Shown here one piece after another: positions 51,326-61,248 of a stretch of DNA of 64,000 bases. The notes beneath the pieces are model-generated. The model searched no databases. It saw nothing but the letters and a program-made list of their open reading frames with translations, and was not told the origin of the DNA. The stretch lies in contig UQEW01000001.1 in assembly GCA_900540145.1 (NCBI GenBank), positions 176 through 64,175 of the forward strand, given 5' to 3'. This DNA is from an uncultured Eubacteriales bacterium. GTDB lineage: Bacteria; Bacillota; Clostridia; Peptostreptococcales; Anaerovoracaceae. How positions within the stretch are numbered: the stretch's first letter is position 1; the number at the start of each line of letters is the position of its first letter. Both the position numbers and the translations under genes were made by a program.

Positions 51326-53017
51326 TCAGCTCATGCGCCCATGTTCTACAGAATACACTTTATCTGCAATTTTCATGGTAGATTGTCTATGCGACACAAG
51401 CACCACCGTTTTTCCATCACGTTCTTTGTCAAGAGATTTTAATATCACAGCTTCATTAAGGCTGTCTAAATTACTGGTCGGCTCATCAAGCAGTATAAAC
51501 TTGGCTCCATGCAGAAAAGCCCTTGCTAGTCCAATACGTTGTCGTTCCCCGCCTGAAAGAGATTCGCCCAATTCTCCTACTGGCGTATCATATCCTTCAG
51601 GCAATGTTATTATAAAATCGTGAATTGACGCTTTTCTGCAGGCATCCATAATCTCTTCCTCTGTGGCAGTCAATTTGGCTATACGTATGTTATTCTTTAT
51701 ACTGTCATGAAAAAGATGTGTATCTTGAGTAACAAAGCTTTCCATATCTCTAAGATTATCAGTATTAATATCATTAACTTCGTTTCCTGATATTTTAATG
51801 CTGCCCTGTTGAATATCCCAAAATCTCATAAAAAGTTTAAGCAATGTAGACTTTCCACTGCCACTCTTGCCTATCAACCCCACAATAGAGTTCGGCGGAA
51901 AATAAACAGAAACATCTGAAAGAACCGGCGCCTCATTTTCATCATAAGAAAAAGTTACATTAGCAGCTTCCGCATCTAAAAATTCCACTTTCGGCTTTCC
52001 CACAACTTCACTTACTACAGGCGTGTCATCCAAAATATCCAAAACTCTATTGCCGGCAGCAAAAGTATTTTGAAGAGTACTTCCCAAATTGGCCAAAGCA
52101 ATCACAGGTCCAAAAGATGAAAATAAAGTCAGCACAGATATAAGCATACCATCAAATTCTATCGAGCCCATTTGAAAGAGCACAGCAGACAGGAACAGCA
52201 TGGCAGCATCAAAAATCAATACTGTAACATTAGTAACAGCTCCGTTCCGTCCTGCTATATATTTGATTTTTTCTTCATCATTTTCCAGTTGACCCATTCT
52301 ACTCTTCATTTCATTCAACCTGTTTTCTCCTTGATCGTACTGGAGTATCTCAGCTAATCCTCTCAGGCTGTCCAGTACAAAAGCTGACAGTTCGCCTGAT
52401 TTGTTTCTAAAGGTCAATCCTATATCGCCACTTAATTTAGAAGTGGCCATCGGAATCGCTATGCCGACTGTAATATAGGATGCCAAAGCAAGAAGTCCAA
52501 GTATCCAATGGTAAGACCATATGATAAAACTCATAACCCCAGTGAACAAAAATGCTATTGCAGCCGGTGATACGGTATGAGCATAGAAAACTTCCAATAG
52601 CTCAATATCTGAAGTTATAACAGAAATCAAATCACCCTTGTCCCTAACTTCCAGCTTGGCCGGGCATAGTCTACGCAGTGCGCCGAACACCTTATCCCTG
52701 ATAAGAGCCAAGAGTTTAAATGCAATAAAATGATTGCATGCTTGCTCAGCGTATCTTAAAATCCCTCGCATGACAGCACACAATGCTATCAATCCAAACA
52801 GACATCTAAGGCTCAATATGTCATAAATATGCAAGGCTTCCAGCACTGCATATCCACCGAGTACAGTTATAAAAGTAGCGCACAGATGACCTAAAAATCC
52901 CATGACGACGGCCAGCATCATGAAACCAGCAAGAGGCTTTACAAGTCCTATAAGCCTAAACATCACCATAAATCCGCTTCTACTGTGAGTATCTGTCCTG
53001 AAATCACTCTTTTTCAT
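51326..53017 (-). CDS. cydC: ABC exporter subunit (fused transmembrane and nucleotide-binding domains), CydC-like
   Basis: 563 aa with a six-helix exporter transmembrane domain followed by a nucleotide-binding domain (GKSGSGKST, LSGGERQR). Its start overlaps the upstream gene by 14 nt. Confidence 0.7.
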   Translation of the reverse strand: MKKSDFRTDTHSRSGFMVMFRLIGLVKPLAGFMMLAVVMGFLGHLCATFITVLGGYAVLEALHIYDILSLRCLFGLIALCAVMRGILRYAEQACNHFIAFKLLALIRDKVFGALRRLCPAKLEVRDKGDLISVITSDIELLEVFYAHTVSPAAIAFLFTGVMSFIIWSYHWILGLLALASYITVGIAIPMATSKLSGDIGLTFRNKSGELSAFVLDSLRGLAEILQYDQGENRLNEMKSRMGQLENDEEKIKYIAGRNGAVTNVTVLIFDAAMLFLSAVLFQMGSIEFDGMLISVLTLFSSFGPVIALANLGSTLQNTFAAGNRVLDILDDTPVVSEVVGKPKVEFLDAEAANVTFSYDENEAPVLSDVSVYFPPNSIVGLIGKSGSGKSTLLKLFMRFWDIQQGSIKISGNEVNDINTDNLRDMESFVTQDTHLFHDSIKNNIRIAKLTATEEEIMDACRKASIHDFIITLPEGYDTPVGELGESLSGGERQRIGLARAFLHGAKFILLDEPTSNLDSLNEAVILKSLDKERDGKTVVLVSHRQSTMKIADKVYSVEHGRMS

Positions 53018-54758
53018 GATGAATCACCTCTATTTTTTCATAAGCCTCTAATTCTTGTTGAAAATCCCACATTTTTTTATACAAACCCGATTCATTGAGC
53101 AGATCGTCATGATTGCCCGATTCGGCCACAATACCGTCATTTAACACATAAATATTGTCTGCCTTTGATACATTGGCCAACCTATGTGAAATCAATATGA
53201 CAGTCTTGGTGGCAGCAAGGCTATGTATCTGTTCCATTATGTCATTTTCACTTTCAACATCTATATTGGAAGTCGCCTCATCAAAGATATACACGGGGCT
53301 ATCGTGCAAAAGCGCGCGGGCAAGCGCTAAACGCTGACGTTGACCTCCCGATAAATTAGCAGCTTTTTCCTCCACAAAAGTCTCAAGACCTTGCTCAGCT
53401 CTTAAAAAATCAGCCAATTTGACTTGTTCTAACGCTCTCCACATGTCCTTATCAGAAGCATATTGATCGCCTATAAGTAAGTTCTCCTTTACGGTCCCTT
53501 TAAAGATATAGCTTTGATGACTTACATAAGTTATATTTTCAAGCAGTGATCTTTCATCTATATCTCTTAAATTTGTATCCCCTATGGTTACCGTCCCCTT
53601 GTAGCCTTTGTTCTCATTCATCAAAATAGAGGCAACAGTTGACTTCCCGCAGCCGCTTTCGCCTACTATACAAGTAAATTCCCCCTGCTTAAAACTGATA
53701 TCGATGCCTTGCAAAACCTGGCGAGAAGGTTCATAACCGAACCAAATATCTGACAAATTGATATCGTACGTTAAAGGAAAAGTTTTAAAAGCGCTTTTCT
53801 TTTCTTCCGGTATGTCCAAAAGGTTAAAAATCTTGTCACTGGCAGCCATTCCATTCATGGCTATATGGAAAAAGCTCCCCAACTGCCGCATAGGCAAGAA
53901 GAAATCTGCAGCCAATAAAATGATAAGCAGACCTCCTGAAAGAGATATATCGCCTGCTTTATATTGAATCACCGATAAGATGATTCCAAGAGCAGCGCCT
54001 CCATAAGCGATTAAATCCATAATTGCTATGGAATTAAGCTGCATTACAAGTACTTTCATGGTAATCTTGCGGAATTTCTCCGCCTCTTGATTCATCTCAT
54101 CATTTTTAAAGCTATCTGCTTTGTATATCTTTAAAGTCGTAAGTCCCTGCAAATTTTCAAGGAATGTATCTCCTAAGACAGTATACTGACCCCAATATTT
54201 GCTTAACAGCTTTTTAGCCCATGTCTGAACTGCGGCTATAGCAACAGGTATTAATGGTACACATATTAACAAACAAATGGCTATGAGAATGTTAACGAAG
54301 CACAAGGCAGAAAATAAAGTAATTGGTGCAAGCATAGAATAGAAAAACTGCGGAAGGTATGAGCCAAAATAAATTTCAAGCTGCTCGACTCCTTCTACTG
54401 CCACCTGAACTACTTCGCTGGTCTTTACGTGTTCATTATATGAATGTCCAAGGCTAAGCAATTTCTTGTATATACATTCTCTCAATTTCTCCTTTACCAT
54501 TTTAGACGACAGATAGCTCATTTTAGCGGAGCTGACAGTACATACAAATCGAATAACCAAAGCTGCAACTACTATTGCTATAGTTTTCCATAACTCATCA
54601 GGCTCAATACTTCTTAACAGCAAAGCTTCTATCATACCAGTTATGCTCATCATCATGGCAATGTTAGCCAAAAGCCCGCACCATTGCAATATAACGTTTC
54701 CGGCAATATATTTTTTGCTTCCTGCGACTGTAGTTATAAGTCTTTTATTTATCATCAT
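53004..54758 (-). CDS. cydD: ABC exporter subunit (fused transmembrane and nucleotide-binding domains), CydD-like
   Basis: 584 aa. Transmembrane-domain motifs resemble E. coli CydD (e.g. ADFFLPMRQLGSFFH against PEFFQPLRDLGTFYH). The nucleotide-binding domain has GESGCGKST and LSGGQRQR. Confidence 0.7.
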   Translation of the reverse strand: MMINKRLITTVAGSKKYIAGNVILQWCGLLANIAMMMSITGMIEALLLRSIEPDELWKTIAIVVAALVIRFVCTVSSAKMSYLSSKMVKEKLRECIYKKLLSLGHSYNEHVKTSEVVQVAVEGVEQLEIYFGSYLPQFFYSMLAPITLFSALCFVNILIAICLLICVPLIPVAIAAVQTWAKKLLSKYWGQYTVLGDTFLENLQGLTTLKIYKADSFKNDEMNQEAEKFRKITMKVLVMQLNSIAIMDLIAYGGAALGIILSVIQYKAGDISLSGGLLIILLAADFFLPMRQLGSFFHIAMNGMAASDKIFNLLDIPEEKKSAFKTFPLTYDINLSDIWFGYEPSRQVLQGIDISFKQGEFTCIVGESGCGKSTVASILMNENKGYKGTVTIGDTNLRDIDERSLLENITYVSHQSYIFKGTVKENLLIGDQYASDKDMWRALEQVKLADFLRAEQGLETFVEEKAANLSGGQRQRLALARALLHDSPVYIFDEATSNIDVESENDIMEQIHSLAATKTVILISHRLANVSKADNIYVLNDGIVAESGNHDDLLNESGLYKKMWDFQQELEAYEKIEVIHHEKE

Positions 54759-54847
54759 TATTTAATCCGCCTTTTACTGATTTTATTATCATCATCCTTT
54801 ATCTGCTTCTTTTGAATTTTCACATAAATATTTTTCGTCATATGCTG

Positions 54848-55624
54848 CTACACCGGAATCACGAAGGGTCTTTCGTCTATCTTTCTAATATCAAGTTCAA
54901 CGTCATATACTTGGCGTACCAGTTCTGTCGTTATAATTTCTTCAGGTAATCCCTGGGCAAGCATCCTGCCATCTTTCATAGCAACTATTTCGTCACTGTA
55001 ATATAAGGATTGATTTATATCATGAAGTACCATAACTATAGTTAGGCCATATTGATGATTCAGCTGTCTAATTAGCTTTAAAATTTGTAATTGATAACGA
55101 ATATCCAAATATGTAGTCGGTTCATCGAGAAACAGCACTTTGGTATCTTGTGCTAAAGCCATAGCTATCCAAACTCTTTGCATTTGTCCACCGGAAAGTT
55201 CTGAAACAGGTTTGTCCTTATGCTTGAAAGTATTAGTCACTTCTAAAGCCCATCGCACTTTTTCTTCATCTTCATCAGCATTGTTGGCAATTCCCATAGT
55301 GTGATAAGGACTCCGCCCATAGCTGACTAGCTTTTCAACTGACAAATCTGCGGGAGCCGTATTATATTGGTGAACGATGGAAACTTCTTTTGCAAACTCT
55401 TTAAGTTTTATATGGAAAATATCTTTTCCTTGCAAAAGCACCTCTCCGCTGTCAGGCCGCAAATTCTTAGTCATCAATCCGAAAAGTGTCGATTTGCCGC
55501 AGCCATTGGCTCCGATAAGCGTAGTAATGGCGCCATGCTTAATTTTCAAGTCGAAGTCTTTCAGTATTTTTTGATTGCCATAAGAAAAGGAAAGATTTTT
55601 GACAGTGAATATACTATTGTCCAT
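54848..55624 (-). CDS. Iron-complex/heme ABC importer ATP-binding protein (FecE/HmuV type)
   Basis: 258 aa with GANGCGKST and LSGGQMQRV. Confidence 0.85.
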   Translation of the reverse strand: MDNSIFTVKNLSFSYGNQKILKDFDLKIKHGAITTLIGANGCGKSTLFGLMTKNLRPDSGEVLLQGKDIFHIKLKEFAKEVSIVHQYNTAPADLSVEKLVSYGRSPYHTMGIANNADEDEEKVRWALEVTNTFKHKDKPVSELSGGQMQRVWIAMALAQDTKVLFLDEPTTYLDIRYQLQILKLIRQLNHQYGLTIVMVLHDINQSLYYSDEIVAMKDGRMLAQGLPEEIITTELVRQVYDVELDIRKIDERPFVIPV

Positions 55625-56606
55625 AGCTTTGTCTTGACCTCCTTAGCAGCAGAATGAAGAACGGTCCTCCGATCACCGACATGATTACAGAAGCGCTTAT
55701 CTCGTAAGGCGCCGCTATGGTACGTCCGGCCGTATCTGCCAGTAACAACACAAAAGCGCCTAAAACCATGGTATACGGTACCAATACTTTATGATTGCTC
55801 CCCACCAATAGCCTGGCTATGTGAGGTACTATGAGACCCAAAAAACTTATAGGCCCTATGATCGCAGTGGCTATGCTTGCCAGCAACACGCCGATAGTCG
55901 AAATTATTACACGGCTTCTGGTTACATTTACTCCTAAGGATCTGGCAGTCTTATCTTCCAAAGCTAAAAGATTGCATTGGCCAAGAACAAAAACAGAGGT
56001 GCAAAGGCCGATAAGGACATAGATCAAAAGAGTCTGAAAATCATCCCAAGTTTTCATAGTTATATTAGCGTTAACAATGCTGGCAACGCCGGAGTAATTG
56101 CTGCCCGTACCTGAGTTAAAAGCGCTCATCAATCCTGTGAACATGGCATTAACTGCTACTCCAACCAGAATAATACGCATTGGGCTCAAGCCACCTTTCC
56201 ATGACAAAGAATACACCAGTACAAAGGCTATCATTCCGCCAGCAAATGCAAACAACGGCGTAAAAAAATATAGAGTAGGGAAAAATGCTGTAATAAGTAC
56301 AGCTGTTAAGCTTGCGCCTGAGCTTATTCCAATAATCCCCGGATCGGCCAGAGGATTTTTCATCACAGCTTGCAAAAGTACACCTGAAACAGCAATGGCA
56401 GCGCCTCCGAAGACAGCGATAAAAATCCTAGGAAAACGCAAGTCATAAATTGTAGCTACGTCCTCATTGTATTTAATAAACAATCCTTTTAACAGCTCCA
56501 TAGGTGTCACCTTTAAACTACCTGTATTAACAGCCAGCAAAAATAACATAATAAGTCCTAGAGCAGTGATTACAAAGGAAAGTATCTTTTTTCTCTTGCT
56601 TACCAA
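55614..56606 (-). CDS. FecCD-family iron-complex/heme ABC importer permease
   Basis: 330 aa, with about 9-10 transmembrane helices and the FecCD signature region. Confidence 0.85.
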   Translation of the reverse strand: MVSKRKKILSFVITALGLIMLFLLAVNTGSLKVTPMELLKGLFIKYNEDVATIYDLRFPRIFIAVFGGAAIAVSGVLLQAVMKNPLADPGIIGISSGASLTAVLITAFFPTLYFFTPLFAFAGGMIAFVLVYSLSWKGGLSPMRIILVGVAVNAMFTGLMSAFNSGTGSNYSGVASIVNANITMKTWDDFQTLLIYVLIGLCTSVFVLGQCNLLALEDKTARSLGVNVTRSRVIISTIGVLLASIATAIIGPISFLGLIVPHIARLLVGSNHKVLVPYTMVLGAFVLLLADTAGRTIAAPYEISASVIMSVIGGPFFILLLRRSRQSYGQ

Positions 56607-56629
56607 TGGCTACCTCCTTAAAACGACTT

Positions 56630-57532
56630 TTATTCATCACCATAAAGCATAGGCTGCAGCTGTTCTAATGCTTGTGCGTAATTAAAATTAGCGCTCATAT
56701 TGAAAAGCGATGAATCTAGATCATACACTCTTCCTTCCTGCACTGCTTCGAAATGCTTCCATATATCGTTGGTTTCAAATTCCTTAGCAAACATTTCTCT
56801 TGCCATATCTGGCAGTCCATGCGCAGCCCTCAAAATGACATCCGGCTCTTTAGTCTTAATATCCTCGGTATTGGCAAATAAGAATTCTTCTCCTTCACCA
56901 TCTCCGTAAACATTAGTTCCTCCGGCCAATTTTACAAGGCTGCCTACATAGCTGTTATCAGTAGCCACTATATAAGATCCCGGCAATCCCATCAGAACCA
57001 AAACCTTGGGAGATTCCTTGCCTTCATTCTTGCTTCTATATTCGTCCATAAAAGCGTTATACTCATCCACAAGAGCTTGTGCTTCTTCTTCACGTCCGAA
57101 CTTTTCTCCCAAATCGGAAATTGAAGCATACATGCCCTCTACGCTTCTCAAATTTAAAAACAAAGAATTGATTCCTATGGAGCCATATTTAGGCTGGAGA
57201 TCACTCTGCAAAGTATTAGGCGATAATACATAATCCGGATCTAATGATTTAATTATCTCCAAATCCGGATTCATAGCCATGCCCACAGTTAAAATGCCTT
57301 CATACCTTGCCGGTATGGAACTATTAGTCTCACATACGCCTACAAGATCAAGATTTAATTTATCACATATGTTTGCAACAGCAGGAGAAGTTGCAATAAG
57401 CCGCACATTCTCCGACGATGAAACCTGCGCATCAACTTCTGCATTTTCCTCTGGATGTTGATTAACACAGCTCGTCATGGAGAACATTAAAAGTAACATG
57501 AAAACAAATAATAAAACCGTTTTAAGCTTCAT
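56630..57532 (-). CDS. Class III periplasmic-binding-protein lipoprotein (HmuT/FecB type)
   Basis: The start is placed at ATG 57532 (MKLKTVLLFVFMLLLMFSMTSC), a lipoprotein signal, with the ribosome-binding site AAGGAGG. Confidence 0.8.
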   Translation of the reverse strand: MKLKTVLLFVFMLLLMFSMTSCVNQHPEENAEVDAQVSSSENVRLIATSPAVANICDKLNLDLVGVCETNSSIPARYEGILTVGMAMNPDLEIIKSLDPDYVLSPNTLQSDLQPKYGSIGINSLFLNLRSVEGMYASISDLGEKFGREEEAQALVDEYNAFMDEYRSKNEGKESPKVLVLMGLPGSYIVATDNSYVGSLVKLAGGTNVYGDGEGEEFLFANTEDIKTKEPDVILRAAHGLPDMAREMFAKEFETNDIWKHFEAVQEGRVYDLDSSLFNMSANFNYAQALEQLQPMLYGDE

Positions 57533-57548
57533 ACTTGCTCCTCCTTGC

Positions 57549-58421
57549 TTAGTTTCTTTTCTTAAAGACAAAATACCATATGCATGCTCCGGCAACGGCT
57601 AAAATAACTGCACCGCCTAATATCCACCATAGAATTGTGCTGTTGCTGTTTGAACTGTGGTCATTTTCTTCATTGGTCTCAGTTGCATCCACTTTGTTCC
57701 CTGATTCATCAAACTCCTCAAGACCTTCCGTGCTTTCATTGCTATCTTCATCGTTTAAAGCTTCTCCGCTGTCAACATTTTGTTCATTTGCGTTTAAATC
57801 GTCAGTATTATTATCTTCGGAAGTGGATGCTGCCGGCTGCTCTGCTTGCGACGGAGCATCAGATAAAACTTCTGTTTGTTCTGCTTTAACACTGGCAACA
57901 AAGTCGCCTGAGCCTGATTTTAAATTATCTACAGTTATATAGAAGACTACTTCTCTGCCCATAGGTATGACATACATATTGCAACGAATAACACAATTCT
58001 CATTTGGTACTTTCATACGAAAATCAGTAGTGTTGGCAGTAAAATCCTCCTGCATTATATCTGCAGAAACAGACGAAAACTTCCCATTTCTTGAACTATC
58101 TACCTGAAACTTAGGGCTCTCAATATTATCCATTAAGTTGAGTCGTATTGTTACCCATGTATTGCCTGAAGAGTCTATCTCTACAAGAGCACTTTTATTT
58201 AAAGCGCTTTCTGTCATAGATTGACCAAGGACATAAGAACCTTCCCCTCCCGAATCCTCAATCACACCAGTAGATGGATGCCTATAATGAGAAGTGGCTG
58301 TAGCAGTATATACGCCGCTGGAAGCGGCTTGAACCGGTATAGCAGCAATACCCGCCAAAATGGCGAGTATTACTACCATACTGCACACTATTCGTTTGAT
58401 GAATTTTGCAGCATGTATCAT
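57549..58421 (-). CDS. Secreted, C-terminally membrane-anchored protein with one NEAT-like domain and an acidic linker
   Basis: 290 aa with a signal peptide. It has an SMTESAL lip-like motif followed by ALVEIDSSGNTWVTIRL. The C-terminal transmembrane helix plus KKRN carries no sorting motif. Confidence 0.45.
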   Translation of the reverse strand: MIHAAKFIKRIVCSMVVILAILAGIAAIPVQAASSGVYTATATSHYRHPSTGVIEDSGGEGSYVLGQSMTESALNKSALVEIDSSGNTWVTIRLNLMDNIESPKFQVDSSRNGKFSSVSADIMQEDFTANTTDFRMKVPNENCVIRCNMYVIPMGREVVFYITVDNLKSGSGDFVASVKAEQTEVLSDAPSQAEQPAASTSEDNNTDDLNANEQNVDSGEALNDEDSNESTEGLEEFDESGNKVDATETNEENDHSSNSNSTILWWILGGAVILAVAGACIWYFVFKKRN

Positions 58422-58441
58422 CTTTTTATTTCTCCTTTCCG

Positions 58442-60850
58442 CTAAACTTGTGCATTTTTAGTTTTTCTAACTGCAATAGTTACTCCAGTCATTGCAGCAG
58501 CCGCTAATGCAAGAATTAACAGCGGTATAAAGTCTGTCACATCTCCTGTCTTAGGGATATCTGCTGAATTTTCAGCATCAGTTATCGTGCTGCCTTTTTC
58601 TACCATAGAATAGATCCCTGACGTTCTGGTAATAACCGTGTAATAGTTGTCCTCCACGTCGCCTCTCATAAGGATCTTGTTGCCATCGTCCATACGATAA
58701 ACTGCCAAGCTGTCAGCATCATACCCTGCAGTTATAGGGAATTTTATAGTGACCACTCCATTGGCATCCACTTTATTTCCATCGGCATCAAGAAATTCTA
58801 TATTATAAAGTTTGAATTTTTTTCCTACCTCATTCAAAGAAGATGCCGCTTGGTCGTAATCAGCTCCGGAAGTTATTTCATTAATAACAATCTGAACGCC
58901 CTCTTCAAACACGCCTTTATCCGCAGATACCCTTACTCCTGTTTCTGGGTCAGCGTAATTTACTGCCGGAGACTGTTCAACAGGTTCATCGTTATCAAAC
59001 GCCGGATCATCTTCTGTAGTCTCTTTTAACGTAGACCAATCAAGCTGAAGCAGTACATCCTGATCTCCGGTGCCGTCTGAAATATCCTCCATTACCGGTA
59101 CGAATACATGCAATGGCACATATCCGTTCTCATCATTTAAAGCATCTTGTACCAATGGAAATTTTATCTGGTCAGGGTAAAGCTTCCCTTCGTAAATTCC
59201 CCCTTGTTGATTAAATTCATCTTTTACATCACTGCCATCAGCATTTTTTTGTGTAGAAAGCACTTGAGCTGCTTTCGTGACCCCTTCAATAGAGCCATAT
59301 TGTCCATACTTATAGCCAGCATCATAATATGAAAGTTCTGCCAGATATCCGAATTTGTTCAAATAAGCCAGCCCGTGGAAGTCCATGGTAAGATAGTATT
59401 TGCCATCTTCTACTGTCAATTTGACAGTATGGTTTATTGCGTCGTTAGCCATAGATTTTTCTTGGCGATTAGTCTTTATCATTTCGCCGTATATGGAATA
59501 TACACCGTCAGCCAACGAAAATCTGTCTAATACTTGTTCATCGCTTTCTGACGGATCTTCAGACGGCTCTGTAGTTTCGGTGCGTTCTACCAAAGCATCC
59601 ATAGCCTTCTGCAGCTCATTGATTGCCTCAGTCACATCAGCAACTCCTGCATCATCATCAGCCATAACTTCCTTTGCCACAGCTAATTTTTCTTCAAAAT
59701 CTTTCCAGCTGGCATCTGTGTAGTCAGACGCTTTTTTAATTTCTGCTTCAGAAATCAAGGTCTCAAGCGATGATTTGTCTCCTTTCTCTTCCAAAGAGTT
59801 CATAGCGTCAACAAGTTCTTCTGCCATCTGCTTATTTTCATCGTCGTTAAACTGTTTAAGATTCAGCACCGGCACTGGATTAAAACCCGTCGGAACTTCT
59901 ATTTGCTGCGATGGCCATACATTAGACAGTGTCTTTTCAATTTCGGCTATCACAGATTGCAAAGCATTGTATGACTCATCAGTATAATTTCCCTTTTCTA
60001 TCTGAGTGGCTAAGTACAGCTGATATTGAACATTCTCCTCAGGGTTTTCCACTTTTTCAAGGGAGGTCCAATCCACTTGCAATCTTGCATATTGTTCGCC
60101 AGTATATGTAGCAATGCTAAACATTACCGGCACGAAAACAGAGACATAAGCTGCATGTTCCCATGTATATTCTGCAGCCGTAACAGGCTCATCGCCTTCC
60201 CCAATCATTATCGGCGTGGCATCAGCTGTCAATATGTGAGGATATGCTTTGTTAGTGACATCTACCAGGTACGCTTCATGGCCATAACCGTCTGGCCTCA
60301 TGTGAGCGATAGGATCGGTGCCATCTATGGCAAACTCCGAATCAGGGTCGTTAAACTGGTCAAATACCACCTTTCCGTCTTGTGTCCTATGTTCCGCCAA
60401 AACTGTAGCTTGAGTATAAGTGCTGCTCTCCTCCACAGGAGCCAGATTAAACAAAGTGGTATTTATGGAATTAAGCTCTAATAGAAATCCATAATACATA
60501 AGGTATCCCATAGGCATATACTCTAATATCGCTGTCGCTTTTCCGTCTTTCACCACTATAAGCGGTTTAAAACCAACATCGCCGGTCTGTTTAGCTTCAT
60601 AGCTACTACTACCTCTTAATGCAGTATTCCCCATGGAGACTGTATCTCTTGTAGCATTCATTAATTCAATATCTGCATAATAAACACCATCTTCTGCCGG
60701 TACAGAAAGTTGTTTTACCGGAACTCCTGACGCTTTTACACTTGCCCTTGCCTTCAATGTAAAACCATTTGACAAGCTCAGACCGACTAACAAGGTAAAA
60801 ATCATCAATACTGCAAAGCTTCGTTTGATAAGCGCATGCTTTGTTTTCAT
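58442..60850 (-). CDS. Large cell-surface protein with two NEAT-like domains and a C-terminal sortase-type (IPKTG) sorting signal
   Basis: 802 aa with a signal peptide. Two internal repeats (about residues 55-130 and 470-545) show DGVY...SM(G/A)N..., K..V.DGK.Y and Y..Y motifs. IsdC-like SIANDY is replaced here by SMANDAI and SMGNTAL. The C-terminus is IPKTGD plus a hydrophobic helix plus RKTKNAQV. Confidence 0.5.
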   Translation of the reverse strand: MKTKHALIKRSFAVLMIFTLLVGLSLSNGFTLKARASVKASGVPVKQLSVPAEDGVYYADIELMNATRDTVSMGNTALRGSSSYEAKQTGDVGFKPLIVVKDGKATAILEYMPMGYLMYYGFLLELNSINTTLFNLAPVEESSTYTQATVLAEHRTQDGKVVFDQFNDPDSEFAIDGTDPIAHMRPDGYGHEAYLVDVTNKAYPHILTADATPIMIGEGDEPVTAAEYTWEHAAYVSVFVPVMFSIATYTGEQYARLQVDWTSLEKVENPEENVQYQLYLATQIEKGNYTDESYNALQSVIAEIEKTLSNVWPSQQIEVPTGFNPVPVLNLKQFNDDENKQMAEELVDAMNSLEEKGDKSSLETLISEAEIKKASDYTDASWKDFEEKLAVAKEVMADDDAGVADVTEAINELQKAMDALVERTETTEPSEDPSESDEQVLDRFSLADGVYSIYGEMIKTNRQEKSMANDAINHTVKLTVEDGKYYLTMDFHGLAYLNKFGYLAELSYYDAGYKYGQYGSIEGVTKAAQVLSTQKNADGSDVKDEFNQQGGIYEGKLYPDQIKFPLVQDALNDENGYVPLHVFVPVMEDISDGTGDQDVLLQLDWSTLKETTEDDPAFDNDEPVEQSPAVNYADPETGVRVSADKGVFEEGVQIVINEITSGADYDQAASSLNEVGKKFKLYNIEFLDADGNKVDANGVVTIKFPITAGYDADSLAVYRMDDGNKILMRGDVEDNYYTVITRTSGIYSMVEKGSTITDAENSADIPKTGDVTDFIPLLILALAAAAMTGVTIAVRKTKNAQV

Positions 60851-60897
60851 TTTTTAACCCTCCGTTTCTCTTTTCATTACCACGAAATAAAGACATC

Positions 60898-60934
60898 TTT
60901 AGTTAGTTAAGTTAGTTATAACTAACCATTTTAG
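60898..60934. promoter_or_regulatory. Operator-like repeat: GTTAGTTA three times, including the perfect palindrome GTTAGTTATAACTAAC
   Basis: It lies 50-85 nt upstream of the ATG of the first operon gene. It resembles DtxR/IdeR-type iron boxes (TTAGGTTAGCCTAACCTAA). Confidence 0.5.
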
Positions 60935-61248
60935 ACAACTTTGTTTCAATTATGGCATTACGGTGCTCTGCTTACATTGACCATTGATTCCTCCTTTTTA
61001 CATAAACTCTTTATTGGCCAGAAGACCAAACTTTTCGTTCACTCTTCTGATGTAATGTTGTAATATTGAGTTAGTTTAATCTAACATAGCAGTTTATTTT
61101 TCTTCAGTCAATACAAATTTTGAACCAAAGCAGGTACAGCCAGTTATTTCTATCATCAAAGATCACAATATATTTCTCTATTTTTAATGATTGCATGTTT
61201 TGTACCATCATTGGTTCAAAAAATTTTATGAATTTTTGTTTTCTAAAC

